The notes beneath the pieces were generated by a model. It worked only from the letters and a program-made list of their open reading frames with translations. It did no database searches and was not told where the DNA came from. The position numbers and the translations under genes were made by a program. Below, in pieces: positions 1 to 12,299 of a stretch of DNA of 64,000 nt; position 1 is the stretch's first letter, and each line of letters starts with the position of its first letter. Source of the DNA: Octopus bimaculoides (taxonomy: Eukaryota); assembly GCF_001194135.2 (NCBI RefSeq), contig NC_068992.1, positions 52,335,287 through 52,399,286 on the forward strand, read 5' to 3'.

Positions 1-1339
1 CTCTCTTTTCCTGCATTATGCTTACAGGCAAAGGCAATACAAGACTTCAACACAGATGTCTTAAGATTTATGATTTTTCTTGGGAAACATTCAGCAGTGT
101 TTTTCAATTAACCTTCAGCCTTTACCTTTATAGTTTACTCTGATAAATACCTGCTTACATATGCCTATTTGTGAGATAGAGAGCTTATTTTAATACTTAG
201 AGAAGGAGACTGGTTAATATGTTATCATCCATGTTCATACATGAATGGGTTTGTGCGCCACATGTATCGGTGCCAGCTGCTTCCTCTGAGCCATGTATGG
301 CTTAGCCACAGCATCATCTTCTGCTGTTTGACCCACAACAAAGGACTCTTGAAAGGTACAGTCACTCCAGGTCATAATGGACCTAGAAGTAGAGGTGCTT
401 AAGTGTAAATCCATATTTCCCCAAAACCACTGAAGTCCAAAGATAAGCTGGAGACGCACCATTAGTTGCAGTTTAATACATTTCTGAAATACTTCTGCTG
501 TTAAGAAATGACATTATGGAAGAATAGGAAAACAGTTTGTGTAAAATGGAAAGAAAAAAATCAAAAGAGTTATCGTAAATATTATCCTCAGTGTTTTAGT
601 ATTTGCTATTTTTTAATTCTTTGTCTGTGTTTCTATGTTAGAACAATCCATTAGATATTAGTAAAAGAGTTTTTCCTTCTAAATACAGAAATATGCTAAT
701 CTTTATTCTTTCTAGATGAAATACATCATGTGTAATATGTCAGAAAAAATAATTATAATATTGTTGTTTATAACCAAAATGGTGAAAATATTGGTACCAA
801 GGACTGCTTAATGACAATTTACATGTTCCTATGAATATTACAGATAGAATCTGTAATGAGTTTGATTTGTCTTACAACTGGACTTGATTTATTAAACCAG
901 CATTTTTTTCGAGTATTATTAAACCAACGCTCTCTTATGACAAGACACACAACCTTATTTTCTTTTACATGAAGATTAATTTTTGAACACATTGCTCATG
1001 ATATATACTCATCTACTTTCTTCTTGGATTTTGTAAGACAGAATACTACATGGGACTGCAGCAGTCAGTTAGTCATGAAACACATGGTAGAACAAGGATA
1101 TTGTATTAACCTATTTTACATTCGTTTTGAAGAAAGTGAGGAGATCTGTTACAATATGTAGAAAACTCTAATCTTTTGTTCTGTTATTCATTTCTTTTCT
1201 GAAATAGAAACATTACAGCATTAAGCTTTTGACTTGAAACATTTTCTCTTGGATATTAAGAGTCAAAAATATCATGGAACCATTGTTGAAACATGTGATG
1301 ATGTCCAGAGTTATCGAAATTGATACTTGCACAAAGAAA

Positions 1340-2222
1340 TAAAAACTTAAAGAGGAAAAGGTCACACAAAAAAAAAAAAAAACCAGCATGGAAGGAAAAA
1401 AATATACTGTCAGTTTGCAAGAGATATGAATGCCAAGACAGATACAAAATACCAGTGGCTATGGATAATGAGTGACCTGAAGATAGAGACAGAAGCATTT
1501 ATATGGGTAGCAGAAGAACAAGCATTAAGGATTAACTATGTGAAGTGCACAATCAACAACACTACCAAGTACAACAAATGTAGAACGTGCGGTGAGAATG
1601 GTGAGATGGTATGGCACATAGTGGGCGAAAGTCTGAAATTGACACAACACAAATACAAAAGACGACATGACAATGTGGCAAGAGTGATCCATTCGGAGCT
1701 CTTCCTACAAAGAGCAAAAAGGTGGTATGAGAAAATCCCTGAAGGAGTCACAAAGAATGAAAATTGCAAAATCCTGTGTGATGCAATAATTCAGTACAAT
1801 TACCTGACCAGACATCAGAAATCAGATATTGTTGTGGTGATTATTAAAAAAGGGAGAACATGCTTGATAATTGACATAACATGTCCTAGGGGCAACAAGA
1901 TCAAAGAAAAAGAAGGAAAACTGAATAATTACAATAATTTGAAGTGGGAAATACAAAGGTTGTGGTAAATGAGGGGAGTAGATGTGATACCAGTACTAAT
2001 TGGCAAACTTGGAGGTATCAGCACCCAACTACCAACATGGGTCAAAAAGATTGGTACAAATGTAACCATAGAACATCTACAAAAATCATCATTGCTTGGA
2101 ACTTCAAGAATTCTTTGCATGGTTCTTGAAGCATGAGTAGTGAACAAGTGTTACCTTAGTCTACTGGCTGTGGACAGCTGACACTTTCCATCATACCCAG
2201 CAAAAAAGCTGTGAGTCTTCAT
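1340..2222 (+). mobile_element. R4/Dong-like (RLE clade) non-LTR retrotransposon, 5'-truncated 3' end with decayed ORF C-terminus
   Basis: ORF 1426-1968 has the RLE-type zinc knuckle (CRTC...EMVWHIV), KRRHDNVARVIH and a PD..D-like endonuclease region (SDIVV...LIIDITCP). After one in-frame stop the frame continues to LQKSSLLGTSRILCMVLEA* (stop 2134-2136). A short 3' UTR follows, then (TAA)n. Confidence 0.9.
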
Positions 2223-2260
2223 CTAATAATAATAATGATCATAATAATAGTAATAATAAA

Positions 2261-2815
2261 TGCCCTGATGCAGTTCCAGGTACTGGCTGTCATGGCTTTT
2301 GATCTCAACTGATAGGAAGTGCTATCATGTATATGTTTTGTCTTGGTATAAAAGATGGGCTACAGCAGATAATCCGCTCAATGCCACAGATTTGCTTGTC
2401 AGTTGCTTGGCATTAATCATTTGAGCATGCCCCTTAGTGGCTGATGATATGTGCATCTCTGATCACAAGCAGAAGTGGTGGGGGAGCATCATAGCCATAT
2501 GTTGAGAGGAATTATTTGGGGTTTGAATATTTCACCTCTGGAAATATTTGGTGTTTTGTTCTTCATCCCTAAACAAACCTTATTCAGGGACCTTTTGAGT
2601 GGGATGGGCTACTCAACCAGAAGAAAATTCCAACTGGGCCCTGCCTGCAAGATCAAGTGCTATTTATCTTGATATGAAATCACCATATCATGCACATATG
2701 GTTATAATACAAGTGCCTGGTGTTTCCTTATCAGATTGGGTAGTCATGACAGGTATATTGGGCTTCGTATTTTTGTAACCCAGTGGTACTTTGATGACAT
2801 GTGCTGCTCTCTTCA
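2261..2815 (+). mobile_element. ~555-bp non-coding interspersed repeat flanked by TAA/GAT microsatellite (copy 1)
   Basis: Matches along its length to an inverted copy at 9283-9838 and a partial copy at 59396-59542. Both full copies start at CCCTGATGCAGT next to (TAA)n. Confidence 0.8.
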
Positions 2816-2846
<31 letters not shown>

Positions 2847-3238
2847 GGATGATGATAATGAGAAAAAGAACAAGGAGAATGATAACAATAATAACAACAA
2901 TTACAATTATTATGTGTGATATCAATTAGTTAGTTCTATTAGATATATTTAAATTGTTTACTAAGATTGATACAGCAAAATTAATTTATGAAATTTTGAT
3001 TGAAGAAAAATAAGATTTTAAGACATTACCATATATGAGTATGATAGCATCACCACCAGTAACCTCTTCATCAACAAGAACAAGTAGAATTTTAATAATT
3101 GATGTCCTAACAACAAAAACAAAACAAATAATTCCAACATCAACATCATTGACGTTTATTAATAATCTACATGGAAATTGTTGCTATTTGATGTTTAATT
3201 ATCAATGAAAGTTGTTTAGATGTTTGTTTGTTTGTTTA

Positions 3239-3271
<33 letters not shown>

Positions 3272-3935
3272 TTTTTTTTTAATTCACATAGCTGAAAGCC
3301 TGTAAAATTTGTAATTTAATATCTCTTATTAATGAATTTCGTAATAGAGACAAGAATTTTTTTTCTTTGTTACTAATTTGTTTCATTTGATTTGTTGATT
3401 AAAACCAGTCAGCTTCCTCTTCAGGACATGTATGATACAGGACTAACCTAATCAAATGAACAGACCAAACAAAATTTTAGGATAGGAGTCTACAGGGCAA
3501 AACAACTAACAGTCTGAGATTCATCACAGGTACTTAACGTGTTATCTCTTTGGAGAAAGAAACTCAACACTTAATTCTTACAAGAGTCAGTTGGAAACTG
3601 GCATCTTAGGAAAATATTATGACTGATGCATGTTTCATTAACTCTAAATGCTGTGTTTAAGTTCCACTTCAAGTGTTGTTTGTAGTTCAAAGGTTTTAAT
3701 TTGCCTTTTACATACATAAAATTGTGTATCTAGTTTTGTGATTCCTCACCAAAGAAAGAATTAATCTTTCAGTGTCAAATAATGTACATATGAAACCATG
3801 GTGATACCATCTCACCTGAGTCCATTCCTGGTTCTATGATGCAAACTTTCCGGTTCAAAGTGATCTGAATTAAAACCTTCCATCAAACTTTCACGTTAAT
3901 TTATGTTGCAAAATATAGATTTAACAAGCGTTTCA

Positions 3936-4140
3936 AATTTTGGCACAAGGCCAGCAATTTTATGGGTGAGTAAGTCAATTACATTAACTCCAGTGCTTAA
4001 TTGGTGTTTATTTTATCGACCACAAAAGGATAAAAAGCAAAGTTGTTCTCAGCTGAATTTGAACTCAGAATATAAAGATGGACGAAATGGCACGAAGCAT
4101 TTCGCCTGGCATGCTAATGATTCTGCCAGCTCTCCCACCT
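3936..4140 (-). mobile_element. tRNA-derived SINE, family B (GAGCTGGCAGAA head)
   Basis: Reverse complement matches the copy at 58719-58945 (B-box GAGTTCAAAT; CTTT..ATCCTTT.G.GGTCGATAAA central block). Confidence 0.75.
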
Positions 4141-4369
4141 TAAACATAGTTTTAACAATGACACAGATATTTTCTAAGTCAATCAATTATCAAAACAATT
4201 AGTTATCAATACAAAGATAATATACTTCCAAAAAAAATAAGGTAACAAAAGACTTAAATAAAATTAATTGAGATCTCAAAAGGCAGATTACCTCCCTATC
4301 CAAACACCCAGTTTTCTTCTTGAACTAATCAAGTTTTACAGTTGTTGTTTTTGTATAGTATATAAATTC

Positions 4370-4614
4370 AAGGCGACGAGCTGGCAGAAACATAAGTGCA
4401 CCATGCAAACTGCTTAGCGGCATTTCGTCTGTTTTTATGTTTATAGGCGCAGGAGTGGCTGTGAGGTAAGTAGCTTGCTTACCAACCACATGGTTCCAGG
4501 TTCAGTCCAACTGCATGGCACCATGGGCAAGTGTCTTCTACTATAGCCTTGGGCTGAACAAAGCATTGTGAGTGGATTTGGTAGACGGAAACTGAAAGAA
4601 GCTCGTCGTATATA

Positions 4615-4650
<36 letters not shown>

Positions 4651-4992
4651 ATCAAAATAAGCAACAAGGATATTCAAGCCTACTGCAATACAATCGTTTC
4701 ATGTGAATCCATTTATTTAAGCAATGTGAGCATTACATCCGTTTGCATATTGCTTAAATAAATGGAGTCGCATGAAACGATCGTACTTCAGTAACCTTTA
4801 ATATCCTTGTTGCTTATTTTGATTTTTGATCACCTTATTTTTGGAATTGTTTGGATGGTACCATACTAAATTCTGGTGTCTATACTTAAATACTATATTC
4901 ACCTTGAATCTAAATTTATATATATATATATATTCAAGGTTACTGCCACAGTCAAAAATGACTGAAACAAGTAAAAGAGTAAAAGAGATTAG
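4370..4992 (+). mobile_element. Nested SINE cluster: family B head, family A head, (TA)n, foldback MITE, family A tail
   Basis: GGCGACGAGCTGGCAGAA at ~4372 (family B head). AGGCGCAGGAGTGGCTGTG...GGAAACTGAAAGAAGC at 4444-4605 (family A head). Family A tail CAGTCAAAATGACTGAAACAAGTAAAAGAG at ~4948-4990. Confidence 0.8.
4650..4824. mobile_element. Foldback MITE (long imperfect inverted repeat)
   Basis: Arms of ~78 bp (AATCAAAATAAGCAACAAGGATATT... / ...AATATCCTTGTTGCTTATTTTGATT) with a short spacer. Confidence 0.8.
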
Positions 4993-5539
4993 TAGACTGC
5001 TGTTATTTCTTATGTTTCCTACATGTTTCCGGTTAATTCCTGCACTTGTTGTATTGCCATGAGTTGTTGCTTGCTGGACTTGTTATTATGACAGTAAGAG
5101 AAAGAGAGAAAGAGAAGGAGAGAGAGAAAATTTATGTACTTCAGTGGAGAGAATCACTTCCTTTTTTTTTCTAGTTTAAATTTTTGCTTTCTCTTGATGG
5201 AAGATAAAAGAATCTATTGTTTCATTTTTATTAATGTGCTTAAATTTTAGGTAGATGAGAAACAAATATGCTTCTACATAAGATATAGAATTTTTCTTAT
5301 GAGCAGGATTAACATTGACACTGCTAATCTACAAATCACTTGTCAGCTTTATCATTCTAGCAGCAGTTTTAACAATGAAGAAGAAACAAGGAAAAGAAAA
5401 GGAGAAACAGGATGATTATGGCTGCAATGCTTGTTGAACTCTGTAGGTCAGTCTCTGTGGAATATTTCTGCCATTGCAAACGGATCAGATTATGACAAAA
5501 TACTACTCCCCTAATAGTACAAAAACCAAACTCTTTACT

Positions 5540-5625
5540 CTTTCTCTTTTACTTGTTTCAGTCATTTTAACAACGGCCATGCTGGAGCACCGCCTTTAGT
5601 CGAGCAAATCGACCCCAGAACTTAT
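5540..5625 (-). mobile_element. SINE family A 3' tail fragment
   Basis: CTTTTACTTGTTTCAGTCATTT...GGCCATGCTGGAGCACCGCCTTTAGTCGAGCAAATCGACCCC is the reverse complement of the tail at ~49790-49865. Confidence 0.8.
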
Positions 5626-6379
5626 GACAAGCTTGGATGTTGACATTAGGGGATGGATCAGTCTGTTTAGGGTTAATTTTTTGAGACAACACTTCCTCCG
5701 AGTTCTCTGCATGTAAATATTGCCTATAACATAGCTCCTTAAGGCTAACAGATCTGTTGTCATCTGTATTTTTTTCTTGATAGATTTATCTCCGGGCATA
5801 GTTTTTTGTGTTGTTTTTAAACTTATGAATTTTTCACTCTGTGTTAGTTGGAAAAAAAAAATATTGTTTTGATTTGTTTTTGCTTTTGCTTCTTTTGTGA
5901 CATGTGTTTTCATATGTGTGTAAGTGTGTCCTGTAAATTTCACGGAGTTGTGTAAACATTGAGATGTCTGTGTTGCCCCTTGGCTATTAAAATGTATATA
6001 GGATTGTGTAGCCATTTGAGTGTATGCGTAATTACTCAATGTATGTACTTACTGTTTTGTTCCATTTATATTTTATAACATGTAAACTTTCCGATGTTGA
6101 TTTCGCATGTGTGCTTCACACATGTTTCACCAAGACATCGTGCATAGGAGAAACTGTGCTTTGTATGGCACTAATATTTCGTTTTTGTGATTATATTCAC
6201 TAAAAGACTGCTTTCTTCAAGTCTACCACAGGTTGCTTTATCCCATTCGGCCGATGCTATTAGATTAGATTTGTTTTTGAATGGAGAGCCGGTGTAGCAC
6301 ATCCATGCTGTTATTCAGTATGGAGCTCTTCTTTTATTATTATTAATATGATTATCATCATCATCAGATGAAAATTTTC

Positions 6380-6650
6380 AGCTTATTTTGCTGGGTATGA
6401 TGGAAAGTGTCAGCTGTCCACAGCCAGCAGACTTAGGTGACACTTGTTCATTGGTCATGCTTCAAGAAACCTGCAAAGAATTCTTGCAGTTCCAAGCAAT
6501 GAAGATTTTTGTAGATGTTCTATCGTTACATTTGTACCAATCTTTTTGACCCATGTTGGTAGTTGGGTGCTGATACTTCCAAGTGCACCAATTAGTACTG
6601 GTATCACATCTACTCCCCTCATTGACCACAACCTTTGTATTTTCCAGGAT
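6380..6650 (-). mobile_element. R4/Dong-like LINE 3' end (same family as 1340-2222)
   Basis: Reverse-complement match to ~1950-2210 (ORF end and 3' UTR). Confidence 0.9.
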
Positions 6651-6654
6651 TTAT

Positions 6655-6755
6655 GTGAGTAGCAGGTTACTTAGCTTTCAATAGTCTTTCAAATGCTTAA
6701 AACCCAGCTGATAATCTTTCCTGTCCTGAAGAGACAAACTTTCTGTAGAGGTTTA
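6655..6755 (-). mobile_element. Second R4-like LINE 3' end (different subfamily)
   Basis: Minus strand reads LQKVCLFRTGKIISWVLSI*, homologous to LQKSSLLGTSRILCMVLEA*. Bounded by an (ATT)n tract. Confidence 0.65.
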
Positions 6756-6995
6756 TTACTGTTATTATTATTATCATTATTATTATCATTATTATTATTA
6801 TTATTATTATTATTGTTATTAATTTTTTTTTTCTTCTTTCTTCAAATCTTCTTCCAGTTCTCTTCGAATGTTTTCTGTACACCTAGGGCAGAGAAGCTCA
6901 TTGTACGCATTCCCAGTTTACACACGCAAAAATATACAGGTAAAATATGTATCTAAAAAAAAAAAAAAATTTTTAGATACATATTTAATAAATAA

Positions 6996-7061
<66 letters not shown>

Positions 7062-7579
7062 CCTGATGTCAGCATCACCTTTCATCCTTTTGGTGCCGAT
7101 AAAATAAAGTACCTGACAAGCACTGGGGACCTTGTAATCGACTAGCCCCTTCTTCCAAATTTTCAAACCGCCAGTGGAAGAATTATTATTTCTTTCAATG
7201 TGATGTTCACTGAATAATTGACACACAAGTTACATTTAAGTTTCTCACACAATGAAAGTACAGTCTGTATATTAATTGTTCTGTATATTAATTACCTGGT
7301 TATGAATCTTGTATGCAGTCATAAAACCTACAAAAGCGAGAGGCCATACTTTCCACTACCCCCTTGAAATTTAGAGCATACATTAAATAATGAAGTCCTG
7401 TAATACACTATGCCTGAAGAATAAATTGGATGATCAATACTTGGTTGTGCTAATTTTGATCAGACTTAAACCTTTGGGCCCACTATTGACCCGTGGTTAA
7501 ACAATACCAACATGTCTGTTTGAATTAGTATTTCCATTTATGTATTAATGGCTCAAAACAAAAAAAACAAGCTTTTTAA

Positions 7580-7770
7580 AGAACAGGCATGCCAGTGTGG
7601 TAATAATTTTGCTTCCGATGGTTCTGAGTTCAATCCCATGGGGGTGACACATTGGGCAAGTATCTTCTACTATAACCTCATACTGACCTAAGCCTTGTCA
7701 GTGGATTTGGTAGACAAAAACTGAAAGAAGTTTGTCGGTGTGTGTGTGCGTGCATGCATGGATGCATGTA

Positions 7771-7831
<61 letters not shown>

Positions 7832-8050
7832 CTTTGTGTCTATGCTTGTCCTCCACTACTGTTTGACAACCAGTCTTAGCAAAATTACGCCCCCATCATT
7901 TAGCAGTTCGGCAAAAGAGACTAATAGAATAAATACCAGCTTTAAAAGAAATATAAATTATGAGGTCGATTCATTTGGCCAGAATTCTTCAAGCTGGTGC
8001 CCCATCATTGCCACCATCAAGTCACTGAAACAAATAAATGATAAAATATA
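7580..8050 (+). mobile_element. Diverged full-length SINE family A with internal (TG)n
   Basis: Head, GGGCAAGTATCTTCTACTATA core-like block, GTGGATTTGGTAGAC, microsatellite, then tail ending CACTGAAACAAATAAA. Confidence 0.75.
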
Positions 8051-9101
8051 AAAGATTTAACGATTGTATCTAAGCCATGTAAGTTCCTTGTGTTAGGTTG
8101 ATGAATATCTTTCCTTCAAACTGTTCGAAATACTTCTTGTTCATTATTTCTTGGTTCAAAGGAGAGACGTGGAAATTTTGTAGATATCCTTGTTTTAAGG
8201 ACACTGAAGCATTTCATGTGACAAGATAAAAAATGTATAAACATGATATTTAAAAATCTTACACTATCAATATACAAAGTCCTTATGTTTTCCCAAAGAG
8301 AAGCGTATTGCAAATGATTGATTTCATTGCAGGTGCTAAGAATTTAAGAATATATTTTCACCGTATGTTATCTCCAAAAACAGAATACTGAAATATGTTA
8401 TACGGAAAACTTAATTAGTGACGAAGCTTCTTTCGTCTTTTTTTTTATTTTTAGTTTTGATCTTTTTTTTTAATTTTATATTATATCCTTCCTGTTTCAT
8501 TCCAATCTTACGATGAATATTTACTCATAGATTTCATGGTGTTTATATGTGTTTGCGTATGCCTATGTGTAAATGCATTTGTAGATATGTATATGTAAAT
8601 GAACGTGCAGTTACATCCTGATGTATTTGTGTTCCTTTATATATTTATATATTTATCAAATCATTCTTTCATTTATACACACATGTACATTCACATACAT
8701 GTACACATATACATAAATACATATAAGAAAGCACATGCATTTATATATTTGTATGTGTGTAGTGTGTGTGTAATCATGTATTTATCCGTGTGGATGTTTG
8801 TTGATGAGTATATATTTATGTGTGTGCATATATGTGTGTACATATTTATCTGTGTGTGTGTGAAGTGAATATTTCCACAAATCTATCTACAGCAAAATCA
8901 AGAAAAGATGCTTCTCATCTGCATCAGATAAGAAATTGTATTTCACTGTTGCTTCCTAGACTCTGTTGCTAGATGACATCATGCAATTTAAAGTTCCTCC
9001 ATTGTGAAAGAAATATTTCCAAATTTAAATACGGGATATTGTTGTATTAATTTATCATAATCATCATCATCATCATTATCACCCATGTCCCCATCACAAT
9101 T

Positions 9102-9136
<35 letters not shown>

Positions 9137-9247
9137 AATTATCATCATTGCCACCACCACCACCACCGCTGCTGAAACACTGGGCTTGATGTGATCGATT
9201 GTCCCTCTTCTACAACTTCCAGGCCTTGTGCCTATAGTAGAACAGAC

Positions 9248-9278
<31 letters not shown>

Positions 9279-9282
9279 GACC

Positions 9283-9838
9283 GAGAGTGTAGTGCATGCC
9301 ATCAAAGTGATACTGGGGTAAAATATACGAAACCCAATATACCCTTCATGACTACCCATCTGTTAAGGGTACACCAGGCACATGCATCACAACCATATTT
9401 GCACGACATGGTGATCTCACATCAAGATAAACAGTACATGACTTCGCAGGTGGGGCCCAGTTAGAATTTTCTTACAGGTCGAATTGCCCATCCTGCTCAG
9501 AAGGTCCCTGAATAAGGTTTGTTTAAGGATGTTGAATGAAACACCTATGTTTCCAGAGGCAATGCATCCAAACCCCAAAGAATTCCTCTCCCTCTCAACA
9601 CATGGCTATAATGCTTCCCCACTACTTCTGCCTATGGTCAGAGATATACATATCACCAGCCACCAAGGGACATGTTCTTCAACTGGTTAAAGTGAAAAAA
9701 CTGACAGGCAAATCCATGGTATCGAGCAGAATATTTGCTGTAACCCATCTTTTGTGCCAAGACAAAATACATGATAACACTTCCAATCAGTTAAGATCAG
9801 AAGCCATGAGAGCCACTGCCTGGTACTGCATCAGGGTA
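9283..9838 (-). mobile_element. ~555-bp TAA-flanked repeat (copy 2)
   Basis: Inverted match to 2261-2815. (ATT)n on both sides. Confidence 0.8.
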
Positions 9839-9845
9839 TTATTAC

Positions 9846-9900
<55 letters not shown>

Positions 9901-9976
9901 GTTGTTGTTGTTGTTGTTGTTGTTGTTATTATTATTCACTACCACCACCACCACCACCACCATCATTATTATTATT

Positions 9977-10390
9977 GCACAGAAGGCTTTGCCTGTTAAC
10001 TGATGTTTCAATGGATTCTATCCTGGGATTTGGCAACAGCAAATCTCCTCAAATCTCAAGAATCATTTTTTTTCAAGATTCCTGTTGAACAGATACTAGC
10101 AATTGTCTGCAGGTCAACAATATGTATCTCAATTCAAATCTCTTTCTGCCCCTTAGAAGTTTGTGTCTTGTGCTGGGTGCAGCAATTATCACAGGAACAT
10201 TTGTCACTGTTGTCTCCCACAATCTCTTCAGCATTCTAGCTACAGATTTCTCAATTTCCTCAATTCGTGTGAAAACCTCCCCCACTTATTCTATGATATT
10301 GCAAAGCCTATCATTTTTTTTACTTTGATTTCTGTTCTCAATGCTCATATCTGGTTTTGGCTTAACAGGTTAGCTAACGCTTGGTAGCCT
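9977..10390 (-). mobile_element. R4-like LINE 3' end, decayed
   Basis: Minus ORF 10073-10285 (...ARMLKRLWETTVTNVPVIIAA...) resembles the RLE C-terminus EIQRLW..VDVIPVLIG at 1950-2010. Confidence 0.7.
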
Positions 10391-10559
10391 GGCATCTTGA
10401 TGGTGGTGGTGGTGGATGGTTGTGTATGGTGGTGGATGGTGGTGGTGGCAGCAGTGGCAGTGACAGCAATGACTACGCTGATGACTACAATGTCATCAGT
10501 AATGATGACTACGACAATGCTTATGATGATGGTAACAACAATAAAAAGGTTGATAATAA

Positions 10560-11360
10560 AATAATATTACAAAAATCTGAATTAAAATCTAAGCACCAAT
10601 TCGCTGAAGAAATAGAGAAGATAAAGCAAAAAGTGCAGGCAAAAGCTGCATGCATATAATATTCCTAAAAACTGATGTGATTTGTTTAAAGATAATTGCA
10701 TGTTGAAAAATAGACCAAAGAAATTAATTCTATAGATACATTGGAAAGAGCACAACATAATAATGGAAGTTCCCCTCAGAGCAAGAAATACTTGAGTTTC
10801 AGATGGGTAGATGAAAAAGATGCAAATAAGTCAAAGATTTTGATGGAGGGAAAAACATCAGCTGCATAAGAAATACCCTAAAGGAATAATGAAAAACTGG
10901 AGATTCTAGAACTACTACCAGTTGAACTTGAGACAACCACCAGCAATGCCCAAAGAGTAAAAAGTCAGAATCAAAAGTTGGGGATAAAAGGAGCTAAAAG
11001 CAAAATGACAGGAAAAGGGAATGCACAGAAGATATGCACAAAAGAATACAGGACACTGACAGACCATCACAGGACAGAGATGGCTGAGGGCAGCTGGCCT
11101 TAAATCAGAAACAACAGGCCTCATCATAACCACACTAGACCAGAACCTTCCAACAAAGTCCTGCCGACATAGAATAATACAGAAAGGGCACAGCCTTCTA
11201 ATGAAGGTTATATAACAAGTTCAAAGAAAGAATTGAGTCCCTTGTCTCTGGTTGCTCAGAACTTTCTGAAACAGAATACAACCAATGTCACAACAATGTA
11301 GCTGCATACATCCATTGGCAGGCCTGTAAAGAATACAACACCAAGACCACTGAGAAATAA
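10560..11360 (+). mobile_element. R4/Dong-like LINE internal fragments, decayed
   Basis: Translations EKIKQKVQAKAA, QRWLRAAGLKSETTGLII...DQNLPT and SGCSELSETEYNQCHNNVAAYIHWQAC. The latter two parallel the 1426 ORF (SDLKIETEAFI..EQAL; RHDNVARVIH). Confidence 0.75.
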
Positions 11361-11842
11361 TTTAACCATCAATTATCAACATAAAACCAATGGCAATCCA
11401 ACAATTTTTAAATGTTCTCTGCACTCTTTTTTGTACTATTTGTGGCATGCCAATAATAGAACATTATGAGTGAATTAACTTTTGTAATAACCTTCATCCA
11501 TTTTTATTGTTATCATGATTCTCATTATCACTATCATTACTTTCATCATTATCTTCATTATTTTAATTACTATCCTTTTATCTTTGCTGCCATAAGTGGG
11601 ATGAAGCATTATGCTTTGAGTGTTTTATTACTAAGTACAGCCCTATTACATGGGTTACAAGAAAATGTCTTGATTGTAAGTCCTAGATTTTACCAGGTTT
11701 TCTCTAGCTAGATGACTTTCCTACAAGATTCAATTTATAAGAACACCAGCACTAGAGTGGTTGTCATGTTCTCAGCAAGACCAAAGAATCCTCTTATACT
11801 TACATTGTCTCAGCTCAAACATTTAATGTATAATGTTATTAA

Positions 11843-12049
11843 CCCCTTGCAGACAGATTTAATACTGGCTGTCTGTACTGTAGGCCATTCAGTAATTACA
11901 TAATTTTTCATACAAGGAATCTTGCAGTGTATTCATAGATTCTTCTCCGTGTGGTATATTTGAAAACACGGTACTGCACAGAGTGAGGCAACACACTGCT
12001 CATATGCACAGTTTTGATACAGCTATTACTGTTTCCTGGCTGCAAGGGG
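11843..12049 (-). mobile_element. 207-bp piggyBac-type non-autonomous element
   Basis: TTAA at 11839-11842 and 12050-12053. TIRs CCCCTTGCAG(A/C)CAG. Minus strand retains the C-terminal Cys-rich remnant EQCVASLCAVPCFQIYHTEKNL*. Confidence 0.85.
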
Positions 12050-12299
12050 TTAAACATTATCACCATTAATCCAGGACAGAAAAGTGCAACAGTCTACTAT
12101 CTGTTGTCTATTTGTTTCTTTAATCTCAGATTATTACTTATGACTCATAATGATGGGGAAAAAATCATTCTTGGAATCCAACTAAGATCTTTATCTTCTT
12201 TTCTTACCAAAATCGTTTGCATTGATTCCTCTTGCACAGGAGGACCAATGATGGCCATGGGTACAACCTTTCTTCAATACTAAACCATTTGGTAAACAA

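Noticed and set aside
2261-2330. HDV-like ribozyme at the ends of the 555-bp element
   Set aside because: I could not build the nested double pseudoknot (P1/P1.1/P2/P3) in either orientation by eye.
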